Below the pieces are notes generated by a model. That model was not told the origin of the DNA, made no database searches, and was given only the letters and a program-made list of their open reading frames with translations. 64,000 nucleotides of DNA. Origin: an uncultured Gemmatimonadales bacterium (lineage in GTDB: Bacteria; Gemmatimonadota; Gemmatimonadetes; Longimicrobiales; RSA9). Location of the stretch: assembly GCA_963741945.1 (NCBI GenBank), contig CAVUKA010000003.1, positions 224,001-288,000 of the forward strand. Reading direction: 5' to 3'. This document shows positions 18,482 through 28,900 of the stretch, piece after piece (positions within the stretch are counted from its first letter, which is position 1; each line of letters begins with the position of its first letter). A program made the translations under genes and the position numbers.

Positions 18482-20020
18482 CTACACGGCCAGTTCGGCG
18501 ACGAGGGGTCTGTCCAGCGTCCGGTATTGGATCGCTTCCGCGATGTGGCGAGCATCGAGGGCTTCGGTCCCTTCCAGGTCCGCGATCGTTCTGGCAACGC
18601 GGAGGATCCGGTCATGTGCCCGTCCCGACAGGCGCAGCTGTCGCGTGGCCGTCTCCAGCAGGGCCCAGCCCGCATCATCGGGCCGGCAGTGGAGGCGCGT
18701 CCCCCGGGCGTCCAGCTGAGCGGTGCAGAACACGCCCTCCCCGTCGTATCTGCGCTGCTGACGCGCTCGCGCGTCCACCACCCGTGTCAGGATTCGGACA
18801 CTCGCTTCCGACTCGCGTCGTTCCGCGAGTCGTGCCGCCGGGACGGGCCGGACCTCGAGGTGCATGTCGATCCGGTCCAGGAGTGGTCCGGAAATGCGTC
18901 CGCGGTAGCGTCGCACCTGCTCGACCGTGCAGCGGCACCGGTCGCTCCCGTCCCCCATGCGCCCGCACGGGCACGGGTTCATCGTGGCCACCAGCGTGAA
19001 CCGCGCCGGCAGCTCCACGGCGGCCCGGGCACGTCCGATCAGGATCGATCCGTCCTCCAACGGCTGCCTCAGCGCCTCCAGTGCGGAGCGCCGGAACTCC
19101 GGCAGCTCATCGAGGAAGAGCACGCCGTGGTGCGCCAGCGATACCTCTCCGGGCCTGGGAAGACTGCCACCCCCCACCAGGCCCGCGTCGGAGATGCCGT
19201 GATGCGGCGCCCGGAACGGCCGCGTTCGGAGCAGGCCGGACCGGGGCGGGAGCCGCCCCGCGGCCGAATGGATGCGCGTCGCTTCCATTGCCTCTTCGGG
19301 CGTCAGCATCGGGAGAATGGACGCCAGCCGCCGCGCCATCATGGATTTCCCGGATCCTGGCGGTCCGATGAGCACGATGTTGTGGCCGCCGGCCGCGGCG
19401 ATCTCCAGGGCCCGCCGGGCCGCGGCCTGGCCGCGCACGTCGGCGAAATCCGGCCCGACCGCAGCGCCGGCGTTGTCCTCCATCACCGGCACGGCATGCC
19501 TCGGCTGGAGCCCCCCATTCAGCCAGGCCACGACTTCCCCGAGCGACGACGCCGGGTGAGCGGCCACGCCCGCGACCGCCGCCGCTTCCGCCGCGTTCAC
19601 TTCCGGCACCACGAGCCTCGTGATGCCGCCGCTGCGGCAGCGGAGCGCCACGGCGAGCGTCCCGTAGACGGAACGGAGCGCCCCATCCAGTCCCAGTTCA
19701 CCAATGCAGCAGGTGCCCTGCAACGAATGCTGCGGGACGCGGCCGGTAGCGGCGAGGATCGCGAGCGCCATCGGCAGATCGAAGGCGCTTCCATTCTTCG
19801 GGACGTCGGCCGGTGCGAGATTCACCGTTATGCGCGCCGGTGGCAGCTTGAATCCGCTGTTCGCCAGTGCCGACGTGACCCGCTCCCGCGCCTCCCGCAC
19901 CGCTCCCTGGGCGAGCCCCACCACCGTCATGGAGGGAAGCCCCCGCGCCAGGTCCACTTCCACACGGACGAAGCGGGCGTCCACGCCCAGAATGGCACCG
20001 CTGAGGATCGTCGCGAGCAT
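18482..20020 (-). CDS. comM: YifB/ComM Mg-chelatase-like AAA+ ATPase
   Basis: VNLAPAD, GPPGSGKS, RPFRAPHH, PGEVSLAHHGVLFLDE. Confidence 0.93.
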   Translation of the reverse strand: MLATILSGAILGVDARFVRVEVDLARGLPSMTVVGLAQGAVREARERVTSALANSGFKLPPARITVNLAPADVPKNGSAFDLPMALAILAATGRVPQHSLQGTCCIGELGLDGALRSVYGTLAVALRCRSGGITRLVVPEVNAAEAAAVAGVAAHPASSLGEVVAWLNGGLQPRHAVPVMEDNAGAAVGPDFADVRGQAAARRALEIAAAGGHNIVLIGPPGSGKSMMARRLASILPMLTPEEAMEATRIHSAAGRLPPRSGLLRTRPFRAPHHGISDAGLVGGGSLPRPGEVSLAHHGVLFLDELPEFRRSALEALRQPLEDGSILIGRARAAVELPARFTLVATMNPCPCGRMGDGSDRCRCTVEQVRRYRGRISGPLLDRIDMHLEVRPVPAARLAERRESEASVRILTRVVDARARQQRRYDGEGVFCTAQLDARGTRLHCRPDDAGWALLETATRQLRLSGRAHDRILRVARTIADLEGTEALDARHIAEAIQYRTLDRPLVAELAV

Positions 20021-20072
20021 GGCCCCACGATGCCGCCGCATGCGGGGCGTGGGAATGGCGCGACGGGACGCG

Positions 20073-21281
20073 CTACTCGTAACGCAGCGACTCGATCGGA
20101 TCCAGCGCTGCCGCGCGCCGCGCCGGCCACAGCCCGAAGAAGATCCCCACCACGGCCGAGAAGCCGAACGCGAGGACCACCGCCTTCAGTGCTACGGCTG
20201 TCTGCCAGCCGGCCAGGCTCTGGAGCGCGTGAGCCCCGCCCCAGCCGGCGAGGATCCCCAGCACGCCCCCGGCCATGCACAGCACCAGTGATTCGATGAG
20301 GAACTGCAGCAGGATGTGGCGACGCCGGGCGCCGAGCGCCTTCCGGACGCCGATTTCGCGCGTCCGCTCCGTCACCGAGACGAGCATGATGTTCATGATG
20401 CCGATCCCGCCCACCAGCAGCGAGATGGCCGCAATGCCGGCCAGAAGGAACGTGAACGTCTGGGTCGTCTCCTGGAACGTGCTCATGAGCGACGCCATGT
20501 TCCGAACGCTGAAATCTGCCTCCTCGCCGGGGGCGATCCGATGCTCGCGGCGAAGCACGCGGTCGATCTCCGTGATGGCGGCGTCCATCTCCCGCGCGCT
20601 CACCGCCTGCACGTTGATGGAGCGGACGTACTCCGACCCGATGACCCTGAACTGGGCCGTGGACAGCGGAATGTAGAGCCGCTCGTCCGGGTTGTCCCAC
20701 CCTTCCGACCCCTTCTCCTTCAGCACGCCAATGATCTGGAAAGGAATGCCGCGCACCAGGATGTCCTGACCCACCAGCCGCGCGGACGTGGTTCCCAATC
20801 GCTCGCCCACTGCCGAACCGATCACCGCCAGACGACGGCGCCCCCGCTCCTCGCCGGGCGTGAACAGCCGCCCCAGGTCGATGGAGTAGTTCTGGATCCC
20901 GAAGTAGGCCGGCCAGACGCCCACCACGCTCAGGTTCGCATTGCTCCGACCGAATTCGATCTGCTGGCGACGCTCCAGCTCCGGCGACACGGCCTTCACC
21001 GCCGTCGCGTTCGCTACGATCGCTTCCGCATCCTTCGCCGTCATGCGGGCCGAGCCCCGGTCCACGCCGCCCCACATGTGCTGACCGGGCCGCACCGTCA
21101 GCACGTTCGTCCCCAGCCCCTCCAGCCTGGACGCGACCTGGCGCTGCGCCCCTTCCCCGAGCGCCACCATCGTGATCACGGCCGCGATCCCGATGATGAT
21201 CCCCAGCATGGTCAGGAACGACCGCAGCTTGTTCACCCGGATCGACTCGAGCGCGACCTTCAGGATCTCCGCGATCAGCAT
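20073..21281 (-). CDS. MacB/FtsX-family ABC permease
   Basis: RSFLTMLGIIIG, GGIGIMNIMLVSVTERTREIG, LDPIESLRYE. Confidence 0.95.
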   Translation of the reverse strand: MLIAEILKVALESIRVNKLRSFLTMLGIIIGIAAVITMVALGEGAQRQVASRLEGLGTNVLTVRPGQHMWGGVDRGSARMTAKDAEAIVANATAVKAVSPELERRQQIEFGRSNANLSVVGVWPAYFGIQNYSIDLGRLFTPGEERGRRRLAVIGSAVGERLGTTSARLVGQDILVRGIPFQIIGVLKEKGSEGWDNPDERLYIPLSTAQFRVIGSEYVRSINVQAVSAREMDAAITEIDRVLRREHRIAPGEEADFSVRNMASLMSTFQETTQTFTFLLAGIAAISLLVGGIGIMNIMLVSVTERTREIGVRKALGARRRHILLQFLIESLVLCMAGGVLGILAGWGGAHALQSLAGWQTAVALKAVVLAFGFSAVVGIFFGLWPARRAAALDPIESLRYE

Positions 21282-21291
21282 GATTCCCCCT

Positions 21292-22803
21292 CTACCGCCG
21301 CCCACCACCACCCGGAATCGGACTGCTCCGCTCCCGGATCCGGTTCATCATGTTCTCCTGCTGCTGCCGCAGCCGCGCCACGGAGATCAGCACCACCTCG
21401 TCGCCTTCCTTGACGCCCGAGACCACTTCGGACTTGTCCCAGTCGTTCAGCCCGAGCATCACCACGTGCGCCTGCGCCCCGTTCGGCGTCCGCACGAACA
21501 GCACGCCCGGGCGAGTGTCGCCGTTCCCGCGGCTCTGCGCGCCGGATCCGCCGGGGCCACCACGCATCCCGCCCATGGCCTGGAAGCACTGCCGCGCCTG
21601 CGCGCGCTCCGCCTCCGTGAGCGAAGAGCGGTCCGTGCGTGCTTTCGCCATGATCGCCGTGCAGTCCGGCTGCCCGCCACCCGTGGCGCCACCCTGCGCC
21701 GCGCCGCCCGGCTGCCCGGCTTCAGTCGACTGATCCGGGCCGGCCGTCCCGGCGGCCGCCACTTCCCCCTCGGCACGCCCGGGCGCGCTGCCTCCGGCGG
21801 ACGCGGATGAGGGCCGCTGCGACAGCATCTCTCGCATGTCGCCCTCGCTGATTCCCAGAACCTGCCCGGCCGCCATGGCGTCCTGCATGCTCACGACCGC
21901 AGAGTTGGGGACCAGGAGCACGCTGTCCCGCTGGGCCACCTCGATCTGCACTTCCGCGTTCATGTTCGGCTTCAGCAGACCCTCCCGGTTGTCCAGTCGG
22001 ATGAGCACCGGGAACATGGTCACGTTCTGGTCCACCACGGCCTGCGGCTCGATCTTCAGGACCGAGCCAAGGAACGCGCGGTTGGGGTACGCTTCCACCT
22101 GTACCCGGGCCACCTGCCCCGCCTTTACCTTTCCGATGTCGGTCTCGTCGACCAGCGTCCGCACGTTCATGGTGGACAGGTCCGCCATGAGCATGAGCGT
22201 GGTCCCGCCCGACACGTTGCCGCTGGCCGAAGCGATGATCTGCCCCGCCTCGACGTCCTTCTGGATGACCGTGCCTGCGATCGGCGCACGGATGGTCACG
22301 TCCCCCATCCGCTCCCGGGCCAGCTGGAGGTTCGTCTGCGCCTTGACCAGTTGGGCGCGCGCGTTGGCGGCCTCGAGCACAGTGGTCTCGAGCTCCTGCT
22401 GCGTCAGCACGTTGGCTTCCCGCAGCTCCCGCGAGCGCGCGGTCTGGGACTGCGCGATCTGTTGGCGCGCTTGCGCCACCTCGAGGTCCGCCTGCGCCTG
22501 GTCCAGGGCGTTGCGGACGTCACGCGGATCGATTTCCGCCAGGAGCGCACCCTTTTCCACGCGGTCACCGGTGTCCACGTGTAGACGGGTGATGTCGCCC
22601 GATGCCTTCGATTTCACCTCGACCACCAGGATCGGCTCCACCTGCCCGGACGCTTCCACGCGGATGTCCAGGTCCCCACGCTCCACGCGGGCGACTTCGT
22701 CCGGGTCCCCGCTCCGCGTCTCGGCCGCGTCGCCCGCGGCGCAGGCGGCCATCGCCGCTGCGAGGAGTGCCACACCCAGTCCTCTCTCGATCCAGCGTTG
22801 CAT
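21292..22803 (-). CDS. efflux periplasmic adaptor (MFP), probable lipoprotein
   Basis: VEVKSKASG, TIRAPIAG, VDETDIGKV; MAAC lipobox; SD AGGAGG. Confidence 0.92.
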   Translation of the reverse strand: MQRWIERGLGVALLAAAMAACAAGDAAETRSGDPDEVARVERGDLDIRVEASGQVEPILVVEVKSKASGDITRLHVDTGDRVEKGALLAEIDPRDVRNALDQAQADLEVAQARQQIAQSQTARSRELREANVLTQQELETTVLEAANARAQLVKAQTNLQLARERMGDVTIRAPIAGTVIQKDVEAGQIIASASGNVSGGTTLMLMADLSTMNVRTLVDETDIGKVKAGQVARVQVEAYPNRAFLGSVLKIEPQAVVDQNVTMFPVLIRLDNREGLLKPNMNAEVQIEVAQRDSVLLVPNSAVVSMQDAMAAGQVLGISEGDMREMLSQRPSSASAGGSAPGRAEGEVAAAGTAGPDQSTEAGQPGGAAQGGATGGGQPDCTAIMAKARTDRSSLTEAERAQARQCFQAMGGMRGGPGGSGAQSRGNGDTRPGVLFVRTPNGAQAHVVMLGLNDWDKSEVVSGVKEGDEVVLISVARLRQQQENMMNRIRERSSPIPGGGGRR

Positions 22804-22816
22804 CAGCGGCATCCTC

Positions 22817-24157
22817 CTAAAGCGTCCGCCCCACCAGCGACTCCAGCTCAGCCTTCGCGAGCAGGTAGTCGTAGCGGGCATTGATGAGATCGTTCTCCGC
22901 CTGCGACAGCGCGATCTGAGACGAGACCAGGTCCAGGATCGTCCCGGCCCCGAGATCGTAGCGCTCCTTCTGAACCCGATAGTCTTCCCGCGCCACGGAC
23001 ACGGACTCCTGCAGGAGCGCGAGCTGCTGCTCGGCCAGCTGAACGGACGCGAGCAGGCGCTCCACTTCCGTTACCGCGGCGCGCGACGCGTCCTCCGCCT
23101 GCGCCCTCGCGAGCGTTACCTGCGCGTTCGCCCGGTCGATCGCCACCTCTCGGGAAAGCCCGTTGAACACGGGATAGGAGAGCCGCAGGCTGGTGCTCCA
23201 GCTCGTGCGTCCCCCCAGCAGCGCAGCTTCCGAGTTCGCCCAGGTATACCCCCCGCTCAACCCAACGGTCGGGAGCCACTGCGCCTGCGCCTGCGACAAT
23301 CCCGCCTCCGCTACGTTCAGGTTCGCCCGCGCCGAAAGCACCGAGGGCGCCTCCCCGAGCACCAGCTCCCGCATCTGCACCCCGTTCAGCGCCAGCGGCT
23401 GCGGTTCCAGTGTGGGCGGCCGCTCGGCGGCCACGGCCCCGGTGACCCCCACCGTCCGCCCGAGCACGTACATGGCCGTGCGCCGCTGGGTCTCCGCCTG
23501 CAGCAGCGCCTGCTGCGCGTTGCGGACCTGCAGCTGCGCCCGCAGCACGTCCGAGCGCGTGGCACGGCCGGCCTGAAGCCGGTGCTGGGCCGCCGAGAGC
23601 TGTGTGTTCGCCTGCTCGATCTGCTTGGTGGTCAGCTCGATCAGGTCCTCGGCCCGCAGCACTGCGAAGAACGCCGTCGTAGCCGATAGCGCCACCTCGA
23701 AGCGGCTCGCCCTCAGATTCGCTTCGGCCGCCGTCTCCGATGCCCGCGAGCTCCGCACCTGCGCCAGATTTCGCCCACCCGCGAACAGATCCATGCTCGA
23801 CGACAGACCGGCGCTGTAGCTGCTGCTCTGCCCGCTCACGCGCAGGTTCGTCTGCGGGTCGTAGCGCTCCGAGCTGGACGCCAATGCCCCCGAGGACAGG
23901 GAGAGCGTCGGCAGCATCGATGCGTAGGACTGGAGCATGGCAGACTGCGCCGTGCTCAGCGACGTCGCCGCCTGCACCACTTGCGGATTCACGTCCAGCG
24001 CCCGGGCCGCCGCTTCCTCCAGCGTCACCGTGTCCACCACCGTGAGCGGCGCCAGCGCCGGCATCCCGGGAACCGTGTCCTGCGTGGCCGCAGGCGCAGC
24101 CCCGAGGGCAGTCGCCAGCGCGTATCCCAGTACCACTCCAAGACCGCTGCGTTTCAT
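22817..24157 (-). CDS. TolC family outer membrane protein
   Basis: Signal peptide, two OEP repeats, RYDLGAGTILDL. Confidence 0.93.
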   Translation of the reverse strand: MKRSGLGVVLGYALATALGAAPAATQDTVPGMPALAPLTVVDTVTLEEAAARALDVNPQVVQAATSLSTAQSAMLQSYASMLPTLSLSSGALASSSERYDPQTNLRVSGQSSSYSAGLSSSMDLFAGGRNLAQVRSSRASETAAEANLRASRFEVALSATTAFFAVLRAEDLIELTTKQIEQANTQLSAAQHRLQAGRATRSDVLRAQLQVRNAQQALLQAETQRRTAMYVLGRTVGVTGAVAAERPPTLEPQPLALNGVQMRELVLGEAPSVLSARANLNVAEAGLSQAQAQWLPTVGLSGGYTWANSEAALLGGRTSWSTSLRLSYPVFNGLSREVAIDRANAQVTLARAQAEDASRAAVTEVERLLASVQLAEQQLALLQESVSVAREDYRVQKERYDLGAGTILDLVSSQIALSQAENDLINARYDYLLAKAELESLVGRTL

Positions 24158-24212
24158 CTTCCGCCTGTCGCCGGATGCTCACCGCGGGCCGCTGCCCCGT
24201 CCTCGGCCATAG

Positions 24213-24238
24213 AGACGCACGCCAGCGACGTTTCGTTG
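24213..24238 (-). promoter_or_regulatory. possible ECF promoter of the first tolC operon
   Basis: CAAC-N17-CGTCT on the minus strand. Confidence 0.35.
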
Positions 24239-24360
24239 GGGAGGCCCCCCCGGGGCAACCCCGGAGCGCGTTGCCCGCATCCTAGGATGGTATGGCGTGC
24301 TGCCGGAGTGGCGGCGCCGGAACGCATCGGGATGGAGAAGCAAACTAATGGTTCAGCCCA

Positions 24361-24375
24361 TGGCATATGCCGTGC
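24361..24375 (+). promoter_or_regulatory. sigma54 -24/-12 promoter upstream of degP
   Basis: TGGCATATGCCGTGC (GG-N10-GC). Confidence 0.5.
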
Positions 24376-24429
24376 GGCCGCGAGCATGACGACGTTCTGA
24401 TGGCTTACGACGGAAGGCGGAGGCGGGAA

Positions 24430-25917
24430 ATGGTAGTGAGAACAAGGTTGGCCGGGCGAGCGCTCATGGCGTCGCTCGTTCTGGTCGTCGGGTGCAGTCA
24501 CGGCGATACAGCTGCGGCGCAGGTAGAGGATCAGGCCCCTGTGGAACGGACGCTGGGCAAGGTTCCCGCTACGGTTGACACGTCCACGGCTGCCTCGCTC
24601 TCGGAGACGTTCCGCGCGGCCGCGGCCCGCGCTCTCCCGGGCGTGGTGACGGTGCAGGTGACGGAGCGGCCGCAGCAGGCGGCCAACAGTCCGTTCCCGT
24701 TCCCCTTCCCCTTCGGCCAGCAGGCGCCGCAGGGCCAGGCGCCGGAGCAGCACGGGACCGGTTCGGGATTCGTCTTCAGCAAGGACGGCTACATCATCAC
24801 GAACAACCACGTGGTGGAGAATGCCACCAACGTGCAGGTCCGGTTCGTCGATGGGCGCGTGTACGATGATGTGGACGTGGTCGGGCGGGATCCGAACACG
24901 GACATCGCCGTGCTCAAGCTGAAGGACGGAGACAATTTCCAGCCGCTCGAGATCGGAAGCTCCGACAACGCCCAGGTCGGCGACTGGGTCCTGGCTCTCG
25001 GGAACCCGCTGGATCTCGGGTTCACCGTGACCGCCGGGATCGTCAGCGCCAAGGGTCGGCGTCTCGGGATCATCCGGAGCGAGATGCCGCTGGAGTCGTT
25101 CATCCAGACGGACGCAGCCATCAACCCCGGGAACTCCGGCGGACCGCTGGTGGACCTGTACGGCCGCGTGATCGGCGTGAACAGCGCCATCTATTCCCGC
25201 ACCGGTACCTACGCGGGGAACGGCTTCGCCATTCCGAGCGCGATCGCCGTGAAAGCCGCTCAGGACATCATCCAGTACGGGCATGTCCGGCGCCCGCGGC
25301 TGGGCGTGGTGATCAGCCCGGTGGGCGAGGCGCAGGCCCAGCTCTACCACCTCCCGGACATCTCGGGCGCGGTTGTGAATGAAGTCGAGCCCGGCAGCCC
25401 GGCGGACAAGGCGGGAATCAAGCCGGAGGACGTGATCGTGTCGCTCAACGGCGAGGCTGTTTCGAACGCGGACGAGCTGACCACGCGGCTGGCTCGCCTG
25501 AATCCCGGCCAGACTGTCACGCTCGGACTGATCCGCGACGGCCAGCGCAGGGAGATTCGGGTCGAGCTCGGCCAGTTCGAGATGAAGGAGCCGGAAGCGA
25601 CCCAGACCAGCCAGTCCCAGTCCGCACAGGACAAGCTCGGCATCCAGCTCAGCAACCTCACGCCCCAGATCCGTGATCAGCTCGACCTGCAGAGCGGGAT
25701 CGAGGGCGTGGTGGTCACGGCCGTGGAGCCCTTCAGCCCCGCGGCGACCGTGCTGCAGCCCGGGGACGTGATCCTCCAGTTCGATCGAAAGGACGTCAGC
25801 ACCGTTCGCGACATACAACGGCTGGCGGAGGACGTGAAGGCCGGCAGCATCGTCGTGCTGAAGATCCGCAGTCGCGCCACGGGCAATATCGGGGTCCGGA
25901 GCTTCCGCCTGAGATAG
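24430..25917 (+). CDS. degP: Do/DegP (HtrA) serine endoprotease with two PDZ domains
   Basis: GTGSGF, TNNHVV, QTDAAINPGNSGG; lipobox VVGC; start uncertain. Confidence 0.92.
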   Translation: MVVRTRLAGRALMASLVLVVGCSHGDTAAAQVEDQAPVERTLGKVPATVDTSTAASLSETFRAAAARALPGVVTVQVTERPQQAANSPFPFPFPFGQQAPQGQAPEQHGTGSGFVFSKDGYIITNNHVVENATNVQVRFVDGRVYDDVDVVGRDPNTDIAVLKLKDGDNFQPLEIGSSDNAQVGDWVLALGNPLDLGFTVTAGIVSAKGRRLGIIRSEMPLESFIQTDAAINPGNSGGPLVDLYGRVIGVNSAIYSRTGTYAGNGFAIPSAIAVKAAQDIIQYGHVRRPRLGVVISPVGEAQAQLYHLPDISGAVVNEVEPGSPADKAGIKPEDVIVSLNGEAVSNADELTTRLARLNPGQTVTLGLIRDGQRREIRVELGQFEMKEPEATQTSQSQSAQDKLGIQLSNLTPQIRDQLDLQSGIEGVVVTAVEPFSPAATVLQPGDVILQFDRKDVSTVRDIQRLAEDVKAGSIVVLKIRSRATGNIGVRSFRLR

Positions 25918-25942
25918 CGACGCGACCGCGCCCGTCCGGCGG

Positions 25943-28900
25943 CTACGCCGGCTCCACTCCGACGCCGCCCTCCGCACCGGGGGGCGGCGTCGCAGGTTTC
26001 GGAATGGTCAGCCAGACGGTCGTTCCCTCTCCAGGCTCACTGTCTGCCCCGACGGCTCCACCCCATCCTTCCACGAGCCGCCGCACGATGGCGAGCCCCA
26101 GCCCCGTTCCCGACGATCGCGTCGAGAAATGTGGCTCGAAGATCCGCGGCAGCTGCTCTTCCGGGATGCCCCGCCCGTTGTCGCTCACTTCGAGGCGGAC
26201 CCGATCGGTCTCGTCGCGAACGAGCACCTCCACGGTCCCGCCGTCGGGGACCGCCGCGCGGGCGTTCTCCAGCAGGTTGACGATCACTTCCCTCAGCTCC
26301 GGCGCCCGGGCCACGGCCATGGCGCTCCCCGCACCGGCGGAGAGACGGTAGACTACGGCCCGGTCGGGAGCCCGGTAGAGCGTCAGGATGTCACGCGCGA
26401 TCGCCACCACGTCCACGGGCTCGGTCGACCCCGTCGTCTCCTGGGGCGCGCCATAGCGCGAGAACGCCTTCGCGATCTCGCTGAGGCGCTCGATCTCCGC
26501 CAGGATGTGCTCCACGCTGGTTTCGAGGATCGACTCGAAGTCCTGGCGCCCGTCCCGGTACGCTCGCCGGACGTGCTGTACGGACAGCTTGATCGGCGTC
26601 AGCGGATTCTTGATCTCGTGCGCCACCTGCCTCGCCATCTCGCCCCATGCCAGGATGCGGGCTGTCCGGACCTCCTGCGCCCGCGCGCGGCGGAGCCGCC
26701 GGGTCATCACGTTGAACGAGGCGAACAGCTCGCCGAACTCGTCGCGCCTCTGCTCGGGCAGGCGCACGCCCAGGCGCCCGCGACCGACCGCCGACGCCGC
26801 TCTCCGGAGCTCGCCGATGGGACGGGCCAGTGCCCGCCCGACCAATACGGAAAGCGCCAGGGAGAGGACCGCACCCACCAGGACGCCGAACAGGACCAGG
26901 TGTCCAAACTCCCGCTGGCGCACGGCAACGTCCCGGGCCGCGAGCCAGACGGGCACGGCTACATCCGCCATTGCATCGGGCAGACGGCGGTAGGCCACCA
27001 GGTACGGCCGCCCCGCCAGCGTGCCCCGCTCGGTACCGCCACGCGCCTCCCCGCTGGCAATGGCGGCGAAGAGGTCGGGCGGCATCCAGGCGTCATACAG
27101 CCCGAGCTCCACGGCGGCCGGCATGGACGCCTCCGTCAGAGCTCCACGCTCGTAATAGAGAAGATCTTCGCCCGTCCGGGTCGCGGTCTCCTCCAGTCCC
27201 GTCTGCGGGAGCAGCCCCGCGGCGTGCACCACTGCGCGCTCCGCCACCTCCCGTGCCGCGCGGGTGACCTCCTCCGCCAGCGCGCGATACGCCGCCCAGC
27301 CGAACACGGCCGTGGGCAGCAGAAAGAACGCGAACAGTGACACGATCAGTCTCGCCCGAAAGCCCCCGAGCCAGCCCGTCCACCCGCCGGGCGGCGCGGG
27401 CGGGTCGCCGCCGGCCAGCCGACCGCCGAACCAGAGTCCGGTCAGCAGGACCAGGTCCAGCGTCACCAGAAGCATGGCCCGGGCGAATCGAATCCCGCGC
27501 GGCGCCATGCGCAGCTCCAGATGGGCGTGGTACGTATCCGGGCCTTCCTGCACCAGCGCTTCCTTTCGCCACGCGTCCCCGACGCGGTGCCACCCGGTGA
27601 CCTTTGGAGGTACGACCCCGGACTGCACGGGGAGCAGTTCCAGCGTGACGGGGCTGCGCGCTTCACCCTCGATGAACGTGGCGAGCGCCGATGTGGGCTG
27701 CAGGTTCGCCCGGGGCGCCACGGCCACCGACACCGCCCGCTCGTCGGACAGTGGCACGGCAAGGATCCGGCTCACACCCCCGCCATCGGCCGGCACGTTC
27801 TCCATGACGCCGTAGGCCATGGCGGCGGCCACGACCCGCTCCACTTCCCGCATGCCGGGGTCACCCGGTCCCAGACGCACTCCCAGTGGGAGCGACGCCA
27901 CCCGATTCCCCGATCCATCCCAGAGCGAGATCTCCAGGGGGTACGGCTCGCTCGCCAGTCCGCTGCCCACCCAGGATTCGTAGAGCAGGTCCAGTCCCTG
28001 GCCGCCCTGGGCCTGCGCTTGCTGGAGCTCCGCCGCGAACCGGACCAGCAGGTAGGTCAGGAACGGGTCGGCCCGGGTCCCGAACGATTCGAGCTCCGCC
28101 TCGGCCTGCCGGATGTTGGCCTCTTCCGATGCGACCCACAGGTGAGGGATCACCGCCGTGGCAGCGAGCCACCCCGCCACCAGCCAGCGCAGCAGCAGCT
28201 CCCCCCTCCCCGTGTAGCCGGCCAGTCCGCGCGCGGACAGCAGGAAAGGGATGCTCCAGGCCAGGAGCAGCGGCGTGGGCGCGGGCCTTCCCGGTCGCCA
28301 GGCCACGGCCACGGCCACGGAGAGCCCCACGGCCGCCGCGGCCCCCGCCGCCAGGTATAGCGCCACCGGCCGTCGCTCACCGGAGCGGATCGCGCGCGGG
28401 ATCAGGATGGCCGCGAGCACCGTCAGCAGCACCACGGTCGTGGTCTGGAGCACGTACCAGAGCGGCCCGACCGACGTCAGCATGGGCAATCCCGCACTGG
28501 CCGTCATGACGCCCGTTCCCACGGCGAAGCCGCCACCCGCCAGCGCCGCGCCCACGGACAGCCGCAGCCAGAGATCCCCCCTGCGCGTTCCCGGCGGCCG
28601 CACGGTGGCCATCAGCGCAGCCAGCGGCAGGAGAACGACGATGACCCCCTCGATCACGAAGTCCCCCGGCACCGGCAGCACGAAGAACCCGGGAGAGAAC
28701 AACCGATCGAGCCCGAATGTTCGTCGGAGTGGCGCCGCCATGAGGGTCGCGCTCAGACCGAGAAGCGGGACCGATGCCGCCAGGCCGCCCCGGTGCTCCA
28801 GAGATCGCAACCAGATCGCCGACAGGAGACCGAGCGCCACCAGCACGAGGACGAACACCATCTCACGACCCGTTCGCGTCACACGGGACCGCCACTCTCC

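Noticed and set aside
16261-18999. 912-aa plus-strand ORF and other long antisense ORFs (12247-14022, 53056-55671, 56091-58256, 61946-64000)
   Set aside because: Shadow ORFs opposite well-supported genes; stop codons are scarce in high-GC DNA and no motifs are recognisable.
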